Below are positions 44,179-58,114 of a stretch of DNA of 64,000 nucleotides, piece after piece. The position numbers and the translations under genes are program-made. Below the pieces are notes generated by a model. It saw only the letters and a list, made by a program, of their open reading frames with translations. It was not told where the DNA came from and ran no database searches. Origin of the DNA: Chrysomallon squamiferum (taxonomy: Eukaryota > Animalia > Mollusca); assembly GCA_012295275.1 (NCBI GenBank), contig CM022678.1, positions 17,980,001 to 18,044,000 on the forward strand, written 5' to 3'. Each line of letters opens with the position of its first letter. Position 1 is the first letter of the stretch.

Positions 44179-45652
44179 AATTCTTCTGCTAAAAACGCAC
44201 CACTCAGCTCTGAAACGGCGATCCCAGAAACCATGAAGTCAAACTCAATGACCACCGCACGTTTCATTCGCCAAACTGAAATACCACTGAAACTGCTTCA
44301 CTCTTTTTCTCTCTGTCACACGAGAAGAGAGAATGATTCCTGATGTAAAAATCCGGACAAAAGCAAGCTGCAATTAGTGCCAAACAGATCCTCTCTAGTC
44401 TGAATTTACTTACACACGTTGCAGCCGAGTTAAGTGGTCATTAATAAACTGGGAATCGGCGAGCAGGTCCAATCTGTTTCAAAGCGGCCCATCACGCCAT
44501 TTCCTGAGCTGGTTAAGCTTTCGTTGTTAAGATTGATACGATCTAGGACCGCATCCCCATGATTACTAAGACTGGATCTTGAAATGTATTTTTTTTTTAA
44601 ATATAGATTTAGGTAGCGTAATAGTTACGTCATCAGTTTTATGGGTTCAGAGTGAGGCTTTTTTTCTGCGTGTCGTCGTCACCTTTCTTATTGTATTTCT
44701 ATACAGATTCAGATGACTTACTCTTCTTTCAGGTTGCCTCTGCAGTTTTAGTTAAAGTACAGCTGGAAAATTTAATAAATAAATAACTACATACATTAAA
44801 AATTAATAATAATAATAGCAACAACGATAATAATAAATTAAGTAAAATATAAATTTACACGCACGTACGTATGTATGCACGTAAGCATGTGCATATATAC
44901 ATACATACGTACATACAAACATGCATTCATATACACATACATGATGATGATACATATGCAGACACATATACACTCCTTAATACACAACCTAATATATATA
45001 TATATCTATTTGTATGCTTATATGTGTGTGTGTTTGTGTGTGTGTGTGTATATATATACATATATGCATCATACGCACACATTCACACATACGAACATAG
45101 ATACATACATTCACTGATATACATGTATAATACTCTGCCATACAGACACAAAAATACTGAAAGCATCAGATAAAAATAAAACTCAGAAAAGAAGTTCAAA
45201 TATTTTAACTCGTTTTATCATCCTTCGGATGTAGACACTGAAAACGGTCATCACTCTTGTTGCAGGGGGCAAAAAAAAATCAACTAAGTAAAATAAACAA
45301 CGCAATAAAACGAAAATAACTGAAAATACAACAACAAGAAGGAACAAGCTATCCAGTTGGCAATAAACATCACTCTTGGTCTGCTTAGAAAAAATCTAAC
45401 AGTTTAAAGAGAAACTCCATTTATAATCCATTTCGACATTTCTGCGTATGATAACGAGGTTCAAACGTCACCATAGAAAATTACCTGGCAGAAATTGTAA
45501 AAGAATAAAAAATAAAAAAATTACTAACGAATTTCTGGAATTTTCCATCTATTTTTTCTCTTTTTATTTTTATTTTTATTATTATTATTATTTTTTTTTT
45601 TTTTTACTTAACATCTGTCTGTCTACCTTCTTTTTTCTCTCTCTCCTGCTTC

Positions 45653-45722
<70 letters not shown>

Positions 45723-46677
45723 AAACGGTGAAACGGACAACAAAATCGTATTTAAAGTTGATGAATCATTTCAGACTGTTACAAGGACCGCGTTATCTAG
45801 TTATGCAATTATTGAATTCCTTTAATAGATTTTTTTCACACTTTCTTTCTGCGCCGAATTGTGAAGGATTTCAATTAAGGAAGAAAAAAAAAATTAAAAT
45901 GGCTGCCAATCTTTATCTCTTTCAGATGAAGAGTGTGTGTGAATACGTATGTGTGTGTTGTTTTTTTTATTTTAAAGGAAGAAAGAACGATGAAATTATT
46001 CCAATTAAATATCCTCAACATGATTGTCATAATGACTTCCATTTCTAAAATTTAATGAAAAAAAAAAAAAAAAAAAAAAAAATTTAAAAAAAACAAACAT
46101 TTTGGCTTGGATTGTTTTTTCAATACAAATACTCCCGGCAAATCACGTAATTTAAATGGAAAGCAAAGAAAGAAAATCCCATCATGCATCTGTAAATAAT
46201 CAGACTTGCCACTCTGGTGACAGCGATAAACAGACGTGAAATATTACGTCCTTTTCCGTATCCATATTTATGAGACTTGTTCCGTGTTCGTGGCCCGATT
46301 CTCAAAATTTATCGTGTCAATACAATTGGTTCTGTCTTGACCTCTGACCCCGAGCAACGAACCACGCTGTACAATTATTGCAGCCGTCGATTACGGAGAG
46401 TGAGAGATCTATTATACATCATAGCGGGAGAAGCAATTCCAGTCGCAATCATTATACAGAAGTAGCGATCAGGATAATACTTTATGAATAGCTATTCTGG
46501 AAAAATGGCGACCGACTGCTGCTAGGGTGATGATAATTGTATCAGTTTCCTTCAGATTTTTTTCTTGATGGACAAGTAGGATATGAATTAAAAAAAAAAA
46601 AAAAATGGAAGAAACGAGGGAAAAAAAGAAAATGTTTTTTTTTTTTTTTTTTTTCTTTTTTTACTAGTATGGAAAGT

Positions 46678-46721
<44 letters not shown>

Positions 46722-46895
46722 GGGGAAAAAAAAAAGAAAGAAAAAAATTGTAAACCCAGTAAATATGAATAATTTAAAGTTGTTATTTCTACAACGTAGA
46801 AATTATAAGAGAAATGTCATGACCTTATGATGTGCAGGCATTTTTTTATTTCTTTATTTTTTTATTTATTAAAAAAATATAAGTGAAAAACATAC

Positions 46896-47023
<128 letters not shown>

Positions 47024-47259
47024 TAAATATGTATATATGATTTTATACACCAGAAAATATATATATATAAGAACCAAACTGTATAATTCTTAAAATTTTA
47101 AATTAATTCATTAATTTGTTTATCTTACGCGTTTATATTATATTATTAATCCGATTTTGTAGAAACATCATGTTACTGAAATAAAATAAATAATACTGTC
47201 TGACACTTTCTACGGTAAACTTTTATCTTTCATAATCATTTTTAAAAAATCTTCCGCAG

Positions 47260-50200
47260 GTTCCACAGGAAGTGAAGACGACATCGAGTTTATCGACTCC
47301 AACGCAGACACTACAGACAACGACGACGTCTTTTCCAGTGACGTTGCATCGGATGTCGTCACCCCTGCGTTTTACCTCGACGTTGGTAACAAACCAGCAG
47401 ACGTCAAAGATAAAGAGCAGACGACTTTGCTCAAAAAGGAGGAAAATAACAACAACAAACAACAGGACAGCGCCATCCAAAAAGTTAAGACGGACAACAA
47501 AATCAACAAAGAAAATGCTAAAGACATTTCTAACCTTACAGCTGAAAAGAAGCAGGTAGATAGTTTAGACGTAAAGTTGCCAGTGGAAAATAAAACGTCA
47601 AAATCCCAAACCTCTTCAGGAGTTAAAATTATTCAGAAGACAAATGATGATGGCCAGAAACCTAAAGCAGAAGAAGAGGTGTCGTTGAAGAAAGAAAACG
47701 ACCAAAATAAGCAGAATGCTGTGTTAAAGTGTTTGGAAGGTGGGGCAAAGCTTTCTACCAAAGAAAATAAAGACACACTAAAGATATCTAAAACGGGGAT
47801 GTTGAAAAAGCCGATTCAGTTAAAACGTTGGAAAAGAAAGAGAAAGAACCTTCTAAAGAGGCTGCTGTAGTCGAAACAAAAGAAGCGGACAAAACATCTC
47901 GTGTACGTGAAACTAAGGAACTGTTTATCAAATCAACAAAGCCTGGTGAAATATCTGAAAAATCAAAAACAAGCGACACCGAAAACGTTAAGCAAAGGGT
48001 ATTCAAACCAGTTGAAACAAAAGACGAATGTGATGCCAAAATTTCACACGGAGATGAAGCAAAGAAACTGAAAACCGCGACTGCGGAAAGGAAAATACCA
48101 TCGTCTGATGTTACTGCGGAACAAACAAAGCAAACTGAGGTGGAGAAGGTAAAACTGAAGACTTCTAAAACTTTAACAAAAGATGAAAAACCTGGTAGTG
48201 ATAGTGAGAAACCGAATGAAGTCGACAAAATCAAACTGAAATCGGTAACGATTTCCAAAAAGAAAGAGGAAACAGGGCCAATAAAAAAGACCAATATGGC
48301 TGAAAAAGTTAACTTGAAAACGACCAAGTTATCTGGAAAGAAAGATGTGAAAGATTCCAAATCAGAAGAGTTCAGAAAAGTGAAATTGCAGTCCGTTAAA
48401 AATGCGGAAAAAGTTAACGAAATGAATGCTCATTTAAACGGGACACCAAAAGAATTTGAAAAAGTGAGCCTAAAATCGGTTAAGTCTGTTGAACCAAAAG
48501 GTGACAGAGTAAATCTAAAATCGGAAAAACAAGACAAGAAGACGGAAGAAATTAAAAAATTAAAATTAAAATCTGCGAATGGTTCAGAAAAGAAACAGAC
48601 CGGTTATTCGGAAAAGACTAAAACGGGTGAAAAAGTAACTTTGCTGAGTCCTGAACAGAAACCTGATGACGTCAGAGGCGTTAAGTTAAGGTCAACAAAG
48701 AATGTTAAAGATTCTGTGAATGGTAAAATAAGTGTGAAATCAACGATAGCTTCAGAACTGAAAATAAAACTGAAAACTGTGCCTAAAGATCTGAAACCTG
48801 CAAATGAAACATCAGAGACGTCCAAATCGGAAGAAGCCGTCAGAATTAAGCACAGACGCGCGAGCGAACCAAGGATAAATAAGATAGACTACATGAAACA
48901 AGTGTTTGAAAACAAAGTGGACAAATGGCGGTCTCGAAGTGCTGAAAGGCCAAGAACGGTAACTAGGTCCGCGGAGAAGCAAAACCTGACAACGGATGAC
49001 GTCACACGTTCTGAAATCTCCATAGAAACGAAAAACAATAAATCCTCCATGAAAACAAAACTTACCGTCGAAAAAGAGATTTCTCATGTATCGACAAAGT
49101 CTTCTTCGTTCAAAGAAAACAAGTTAAGTTCTTCTTCAGTGGTTGCTAGGATACAGGAAACTTCAGCAAGTGAGAAAGTGGTTAAACAAACTGAACTGAA
49201 GGAAAATATTAAAAAGGAGGCCAGAGATGTGAATATTAAAACAATTTCTAATCAAACCGTATCGGTAAAAACGGAAACAAACGAATCAGTGTCGGAAACT
49301 GCCGAGAAAACGTTCCGGACGATTACAAAATTTAACACAGCAGTTAAGAAACAAATCGTCCCACAGGCATCAAGGGAGGTAACGCAAAGCAACAAAACGG
49401 AAGAAAAACAGGTGACCACTCAATTTCAAGTATCACAGAATGTTACCAAACAAAGGGAAGCAACTCAGACTATATCAGAAAAGCTTGTGAAAGATCAGAA
49501 CAAAATGAATCAAAGGGAAGAAACTCAAATTACATCTGAAAAAGTTACGAAAGATCAAAGCAAACTTGCGCGTACTGAATTAAAAACAAGCAGACAATCA
49601 GGCGAAAATGTGACTAAGTCTGGACAGACCAAGATAACTGTGACAAGAAAGGTTGTAACAGAAAGTTCTGCTGTTAAGCAAACTACACGTACAGTGGAAA
49701 CAAAGAAAGTGGTTTCCCCACAACAGAAGGAGGAATTTACCAGTAAGAAAGATATTAAAGATGCCGGATCCGTTTGCGTCCAGTCTAAGACAACTGAGAA
49801 AGAACCTGAGCCGGAGAAAATTAAAATCGTGTCAATCAAACCGCGACCAGGACAGGAATACCTGAACGTACGAAAACAAATTTTAAAAAACGCCGATTTT
49901 CCAGCGGATCCCAATAAAACAGAATCCGAGAACGTAGTAGCCATCGATACCTGTTCTGCTACCGTGGATACTAACAAATGTTCTAGTTCAGTTTCTACTA
50001 ACCATGTTACAACTGCTTCTAGTGGAATTCCTACTAATACCTCAGATAGCCTTAGCCGTGCTCGTTCTGTCGAGCACCCTGAAGATAAAAACAAACTGTC
50101 ACACAAATCCCCGCCATCTTGTTTAGAAAACAAAGCCACGCCCACTGGCAGAGAAACGTCGTCCGTGCAAAAATTCAAAGAAATGCATCTCACGCGAAGT

Positions 50201-50779
50201 GACATTTTTCATTTACTGGAATCAAGACGCGAATCAAGCGAGAAAAACGAGAATCTTCGCAAAAGTGCTGTTGGACACTGTAACGATGAACACAACTGTG
50301 ACGTCACAGCACACACGTCATGCAGGGATAACAAAGATTCGTGGGCAGACAATCCCATCAAAACAGAAATCAGGAACAAAATTAACGAACAGATTGAACT
50401 GAGAAATTCGCCCAAAACGAATCGCAAGCACAAATCATCGCCAAAAAAGAAAAATTCGGACCAAACGAAAATCGTAGAATCCAGTCAACCAAATATACGG
50501 TCCCCCATTACGTTCTCGAACTGTATAGCTCGTCGTCATGGCAGCGATTCGACGTCAAAGGTCGACGTCCCAGTAGTGAAGCCGGCAGTTTCTATCAGAC
50601 GCCGATTACAGTTATTTCCCTTTCGACGGAAATTTAACGTTGAGGATTTTGTGTTTTTGTTGTCTTTGTTGACGTTTTCCGCCCTTTTAACGGGAATGCC
50701 TTCATTGACGTTTGTCCTTCTCGTTTTGTCCGTCGAAATTTTGTATGTCCTGATATTTGCTGTTGATGACTCAGACTGA
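47260..50779 (+). CDS. Giant terminal exon (~3.5 kb): acidic segment, K/E/T/S-rich low-complexity region and C-terminal hydrophobic hairpin; frame break near 47790
   Basis: Acceptor ttccgcag|GT TCC ACA.. enters the frame of ORF 47427-47870. A second frame is open from 47792 to TGA 50777-50779 (the 983 aa ORF). Confidence 0.85.
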
Positions 50780-51079
50780 AATAATAAAATGGACTAATAA
50801 TTTCAAAAATAAACCCAGTTACATAATTTTTTATAAATCAAAAACCTAGGCCTCATTATATAGAATTATATAAATTAAAAATTAAAATCTAAACCCCGTT
50901 TCATATATTTGATCATTTAAAATTTTAAAAATCTAACCCCGTTTTCTACATTTTAATAGACTACATTTTTAAGCTTTATTATTTATTAATTGGCTCTGTT
51001 AAGTTCATATTCACACTATGAATGTCGCTGACAGTATTTTAACAGTATTAGTAAAAGTCGAATTATAATATTATTGTTA

Positions 51080-51126
<47 letters not shown>

Positions 51127-51906
51127 GCTCTTTTTTTAATTCCTTTTGATATTCTTCCTTTGTATACTTCATTTTGTCTTTCCGTTATTTATGTTTATAA
51201 AATAACAAATAACGCACAGAAATGTGGCATAAAGCAATATCATGTCTGAATATTGAAATGGTGCTCTAACTGAAATGGAGGAAATACATTTTTGTTACGA
51301 AGAATTTTCTAGGCTAATAATAATAGTAATAATACTTATTATAATTAAATTTAAGTTTTGAAACATGATTTTAAGTAGAAGTACAAATTATTAAAATTAT
51401 ATGACGTGGGTAATATGTCGTTATGTTTAAATATACTTTGTACATTTCTAATTATTATATTTATTGATGACGTCAAAGTTTTTAACGCCATCATTATTGG
51501 CAGTGCTCGGTGTTTTTATCGGTCTGCTTTGAGCTTTTCTCGTTTATTTTTCTTCTTTTCTGTGTAACATCTGAAAGGAAGATAAAATGACCATTGTGAA
51601 ATATACAAAATGTATTTAGACTATTCCATTTTATTAGCATTATCAGTATTTTTTATTCCTTTTTGGTTGTTATATTAATGTAATAAATAACTAAATAATA
51701 ATGCATAATGAACTGCAGCTGCTGATGATGATGATAATAATAATAATAATATCCTAGTGTGACAAGTGCTATGCAGCGTATTATTATAAAAACATATCCC
51801 AAAATGCTGTTCGCTTCCTGTCTTCGTGATCTGAAATAAATATGAATATGAAACGAAACTGGATCGCCAAGAATGAATTTGAAAACATGAATTGTTTATA
51901 TTAAAA

Positions 51907-51937
<31 letters not shown>

Positions 51938-52170
51938 AGACGAGAAAGATCAGGCAATGAAATAAAAATTTAGTAATATTAAAAAAAATGATTATTTGGA
52001 GTTTAAATTTGCTGAAATTTAGTGCATTTTTAATAATTATGTTAAATGTCACCAATTTAAGAAACCTTTAAGTGCATATATATTTTTAATTAATACTTAT
52101 TTTATTTATTTATTTATTTGTTTGTTTGTTTGTTTATTAATTATTATTATTATTAATGTTTTTTCTTCTT

Positions 52171-52253
<83 letters not shown>

Positions 52254-53957
52254 CAGTAGTATCGTGCTAGAATCTACATATTGTTATAAACTAATAAATA
52301 AATTGATAATCACAGAAAGCTAAAATGGATTAATAATAATAAAAATTAATTTAATTTAATAATAACATGGAGTAAACTGCAGTATTAAGGCGTTAAATTA
52401 TCAAATTTTATTGAGAGTAATAAAATGAAATGAAACTGCTTTACAAATGTGTGCCTCTTATCTGATCGTAAAAATGAAGTGTAGAATAAAATCAATGTTA
52501 TGCAGACTGAAAATGGCAGCTTTTGATTATGTGTAATTGTCTGTCAGTGTGAGAAAAAGAACGAACTTTAAGAAAGAAAACAATAGTTTCGGTGTTCTTG
52601 AGAAAATGGAGGAAATTCAGACCAAAGATAACATGGTTACCTGTGCAGACGAATTCCTGATGATGTTCGATTGTACAATTATTTTATTATAACCGCGAAC
52701 TAAAACTGATTTTCCAATCTGGTTAGATGAGAACCGAGGCATAAATTTCAGACAGTCTTCATACCCGTTTATGGTTTTTGGGATAAACTAAGGCGGCCTC
52801 AATGTAAATGCATGATGTACCGATGTTTGAAAATTATAAACGATTTGTTTTGTTTTGAATAAAGGAAATAGAAAGGTACGTGTATCTTGGTTTGAATTTA
52901 TTCATTTTAGCAATGCCACAGTATTATATTTGTATTTCAATACAAATTTAATTTAGGTTCAGTTGAATTTTTTACATGTTTTTTGTGTTATGGTTTATAG
53001 TTATTTAACGAATTGTGAATGAAGACGGTTTGGTGAAAGAAACCAGCAAAACAAGAAAATATGATATATTACTCCAATTTGAAATAAAGTGATATAATAA
53101 TGAATGGTGTTTTGCATTTTTATTTCATGTCAAAACCTTAAATGTAAAATATACGTTTGTCTTAGATGATGAAAAGAGAGTTAATAAAAACAACAACGAA
53201 GACGCCAATAATATTAAAATAATAATAACAAAAACAAAAATAGATTTCCGTAAAAGGCAAATTAAGGAAATAATTTGAAGGTGGGTATAACGAACAACCT
53301 ACTGAGGAAATGACTGCTTTTTAAATGCCCTTTAAAGCAATTAAAATTTATTATTTACAAATACTGGCAAAATGCCCACTCAAGAAATAATTATTTGAAT
53401 GAATCAATAAAGAAAAGAAAATAACAATACAAATTTTTCCTCTTTAATTTTATTCTGGAATTCTTCTTTTAAATACATGTATTACATTCCATCATAGATA
53501 TTATGAATATTCATTAAGAATATGAAAAAAAAAACCATCAATTATTTTAATACTGTTCAAATAAATGATGAAAATTGTTTAAATATCATAACAATAATAA
53601 TAATAATAATACATTTATATAGATAATAAAAATAAAGTTTAAATTTAACATCACATAATACGAATGTTTCGAGCTAAAACATCGGAATGCATCACAAAGG
53701 AACTAAGTTTCAACATTCGCAGATACAGAACGCGATCCAGATTTCACTGAATCGTGCCACTGATGACGTGGACCAATCAGATCGTGACAGTATAGGAGCA
53801 CTCGCTTTCACTTTTTTCAAACATATTACGCTAATTTACTGAATGCTTAAAAGCTTAATGAGATCAAATATCAGTTTATTTTCTTACGGTATTTACTTAT
53901 AAAAAAAAAAAAATCCGAAAATAAAGCGAAAGAGGAAAATAGGTAAAATGACAAATG

Positions 53958-53997
<40 letters not shown>

Positions 53998-54318
53998 TCG
54001 AAAAAAAACACGAAAACGGTTCGTTACCCTGAATAGATTATTTAAATGCAACATTTAGACCTATTTGCTATCACATTCAGCCTTATTGTTTAACTGATAT
54101 TTTCTGTGAAGAGGTACTGCCCGATTCGTGAAAAATAACCCCTTATGAACGACAACTCTATAATTTATTGTCGTCTACACAAGTAAACATAAAATAAATA
54201 AATACGTATTCACGAACGGCAACTCTTACTCACGAATGATTTCACTTTCGTATGTCAACTGAAAGAGGCCAAAAACTGACTCCATTAAGGTCGTTATAAG
54301 GAGATCATATAACTCTGT

Positions 54319-54362
<44 letters not shown>

Positions 54363-55205
54363 TAATTTAAGTAAATATATTATTTTATATTTAAATATTC
54401 ATTAAATATAATATACTGCAAAACTTCTATTAAAATTTAAATATCGACTTCAGATTACAGTGTTTATTAAATACATTTCAAAATGCGTGCTTATCGGATA
54501 ATTAATTAAAAAAAAATTTAAATGCTTATTAAACATACACCGTAAATGTGTATAAAATAATTACACACCAGCAAACCAACAAAGAAAATGTAAAATAAAA
54601 ATGAGTACAAATTATTGAAAAGTGGTCAAAGGTAAGATTATGCATATTCAAATAAATACACTTATAAAAATAACATTTTTAAAAACAGAAGAGAAGAATA
54701 CTGTATTAATATATGTACTTGCATTGTGTGTGTGTGTTAAAATTATATGTTCATTTAATTTAGTTAAATGCTTTCATTATTATTTATTTATTTATTTATT
54801 TATATTTTCTCTTTTCTTTTTTTTCTTTTTTTTTTTTTTTAACTTTTAAAATTATTATGAAAAATATCACACATTATGGAAATACTTGTTAACATTTTGT
54901 TATGTCTTATTATTATTTATACATGAATGCTCAGATATTTGTTAGTAAACAGTGGAGATTATAGAAAATGTAAAAATTTTATGATTAAAGCATGTCTTTT
55001 CAAAAATTACAGTTTTTCACAACAAAAAGTATTCAAATCTGTAAATAACATCAAGTATAGAATGTGTGGTACATTTGTTATTATATCTGTGCGTTATGAT
55101 TAAACATAAATAGTAATATTCAAAGATATTTAAAAGTTTAAAAGTACAACTCAGCCCACAACCATAAAATGAAAAGAACAATAACACACACATACAATAA
55201 ATAAA

Positions 55206-55236
<31 letters not shown>

Positions 55237-55312
55237 TAATAAAAAAGTAAAAATAATAAAATAAAAAGATATATAAATAAAAAAAGTTAAAAAAAATAAA
55301 AATAATAAAACA

Positions 55313-55343
<31 letters not shown>

Positions 55344-56925
55344 AATAATAAAAAAAAAAACCCAGTCTATTAAATACATAAAAAGAAAAATTCTACATAA
55401 CTGTTTAACATTATACAGTTGTACTGAAAAAAAAAATGCACAACCCAAATTTCTAAAATCAGTTACATTAGAGAGAGAATAACACAGATAATTAATACAG
55501 ACATATGTACAGACAGAGAGATTCATCTGTATATAAACTGATATGTAAAGCATATAAATATATACACAAACAAAAACAACCAGATCAATATACAGGCAGG
55601 TAGAACAATAGCAGATAACTACAGATCTAAATACAGATTAATATTATATAATTTATATTGTTTGAATTAGTAAAAAATAAAGATAAATATTTTGAGATTT
55701 AAATAAAAAGCCATACTTATAAATATAATGTATAATTAATATTTTGTGTTAATGTTTTATGTATGGAATGGACTTTTGTAGTTTTTACTGCAGAGAAGAA
55801 AAATTTTATAAAATATTTTATTACTTTATCAGTATAATTAAGCCCCCCAACCAAATTGTTTATATATATATATATATTTATTTATTTCTTACTTTATTTT
55901 GAAACAAACTGAACAAAATAAGAAGATGATAAATGATAATAATTTAATCTACTAAGAAGATGTGATAAATGATAATAATAATAACAATAATAATAAAAAA
56001 TAATAATGATGATGGTAATAATAATAATAAATGTTTGAAATTACTAGTTCAGTACAAACTCAATAATGTATCCTTACATGTATGTGTGTGTGTGTGTGTT
56101 TTTTTATACATGTGTGTACATATGTATGTGTATATACAGACATACATAAACACACACACACATGAACACATACAGATCAATGTATCAGACCTAATTTTAC
56201 AAAACAGAGAAACATTTTGAACCAATACAGACTAACATGGCAGCAGAAAAGATAAAGAACTGGGTAGTGCTTCTCTCTGGTAATATCTTGTGCAAACAAA
56301 ATTACAATATCTAGAGTCTACCACTACTCAACATCTCACTTCAAATTCTAATAAATATGTAAAATTTTAATATGATAATCACAAGGAATGTATGAAACAG
56401 AGTTTGGTAAATATCGTTAAAGATTATAAAATGAACAACAATACATAAAAACTGGAAAAATGGAAATGTTTCATAAAATAAACAAGTAAATAATATTATG
56501 TCTCCATATTAAAAGGAATGAATATACAAAATTTAAATATATAATATCATAAATATGCAATATTAATATTATGCCTTAATAAACAGTATATGTATATATA
56601 GATAAAGATAAAATGCAACAGGCAACCAAATTCCAGTTATTAAATTAATATTCAAATACATACCACATCTTTGTACAAATATCTATTAAAGTATAACTGA
56701 GCTATAAATGATTTATTTTATATATATATATATATAGAATTAATAATTTATGGTTTTGGCTTCCATAACACAAACCAAGGCTACAAATTATTATAAGTTT
56801 GTTAATTACAAATTATATCTGAATGTATGTTAACACCATTAAATACTGAATAAACCAAAACAATTAATACTGAGAACAAAACAGTACTTTCTTGAAATAT
56901 CCAGTTCTTATATATATACACATAC

Positions 56926-56968
<43 letters not shown>

Positions 56969-57070
56969 CACACACACACACATACATATTCATGTATACT
57001 TTAAAATAAACATAATGTGAAAGTTTGTATGTTATTGTACCAACACAGAGTTTAAAGTATTTTCTATATA

Positions 57071-57214
57071 CTAATAAGTTACTGTTTTGTTCTGTTTCTT
57101 ATCAACATGTATCTTTGGCTGTGTTGTTGTGGTAGTTGTGGTTGTTGTGGTTGTTGTGGTAGTTGTGGTGGTTGTGGTGGGGTTGGGGTTTGATTCAGTG
57201 GTTACATTAAAGGC
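57071..57214 (-). other. Candidate in-frame extension exon downstream of the GGT stop: AFNVT TESNPNP(T)19QPKIHVDKKQNKTVTY*
   Basis: Acceptor tctcag|GCC; 19 consecutive ACN codons varying only at position 3; two N-x-T sequons. It may simply be 3' UTR. Confidence 0.35.
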
Positions 57215-57609
57215 CTGAGATTAAACAACCTGGAAGAGCACACTCACCTGGGCCATTTCCCATTCTAACTTTTGCTCTGTGACTTGTTTAACAAAAACTG
57301 TTTAACAAAAACTGTTTAACGTGGTCTCCTGTCTATAGGAAGGTGCATAAAAAAAAAGAATCCTTGCTGCTAATGTTAAACATTTATTTTTCTGCAAAGA
57401 AAAAGTAATTGTTTCCTCTCTCGTATGTAAGTGGTTTTTAACTCTGTGTATGATGACATATTACAGTAGAAATAAATAAAAAAAGTATTCTTTTAAAATA
57501 TTTCTTCTTACCATTCTACTATACCATTATACTATTATTGTTAGTAAAGGTTGGTCCCTAGTGACAAATATAACAATGATTTAGGAATGTGTGAAAATGT
57601 ATATAAGCT

Positions 57610-57657
<48 letters not shown>

Positions 57658-57867
57658 AGAAGAAAACATATAAAATATTAATTAATACATATGGAAAATG
57701 TTTTTTGTTTGACCACAACAAACAAGACTTTAAATAAAACTATCACTTTTAAGCTGATATTGTTACTTATATACATAGATTATTTATGTACCACTTCAAA
57801 TATACTTAAACACAAAAAAAAATATACTTGGAAGAATCCATAACATATTTGTTACATGTCCCCATCA

Positions 57868-57903
<36 letters not shown>

Positions 57904-57941
57904 TCTATTTTTATAACCCTTTGTTATTGCACTGTTGATAC

Positions 57942-58114
57942 CTAAGGACCAAACCAAGCAGCTTTTCCGAATTTCCTCGAGTCGGAATGGGCAAAAATGT
58001 TGTCATTAATCTTCATGACAGCCTGCACCACACTGAGTCCTTCAGAGACTGGCACCATGACCTGACCCATGTCCGAGAGGTCAGTGAGAACACTGGCTGC
58101 GAAACCCTTACTCA
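57942..58114 (-). CDS. GGT: GGT stop-containing exon: (V)SKGFAASVLTDLSDMGQVMVPVSEGLSVVQAVMKINDNIFAHSDSRKFGKAAWFGP*
   Basis: Acceptor gtttcag| at 58115; VVQA...A.SD.RK.G C-terminal GGT motif; TAG at 57944-57942. Confidence 0.92.

Noticed and set aside
47223-50433. Minus-strand ORFs (47788-48360, 49555-50205 and others) as an antisense gene
   Set aside because: They are shadows of the biased codon usage of the plus-strand giant exon, with no independent motifs or splice structure.
50780-57070. Specific polyadenylation sites for the convergent Ig-domain and GGT genes
   Set aside because: AATAAA is ubiquitous in this AT-rich sequence, so sites cannot be assigned without 3'-end data.
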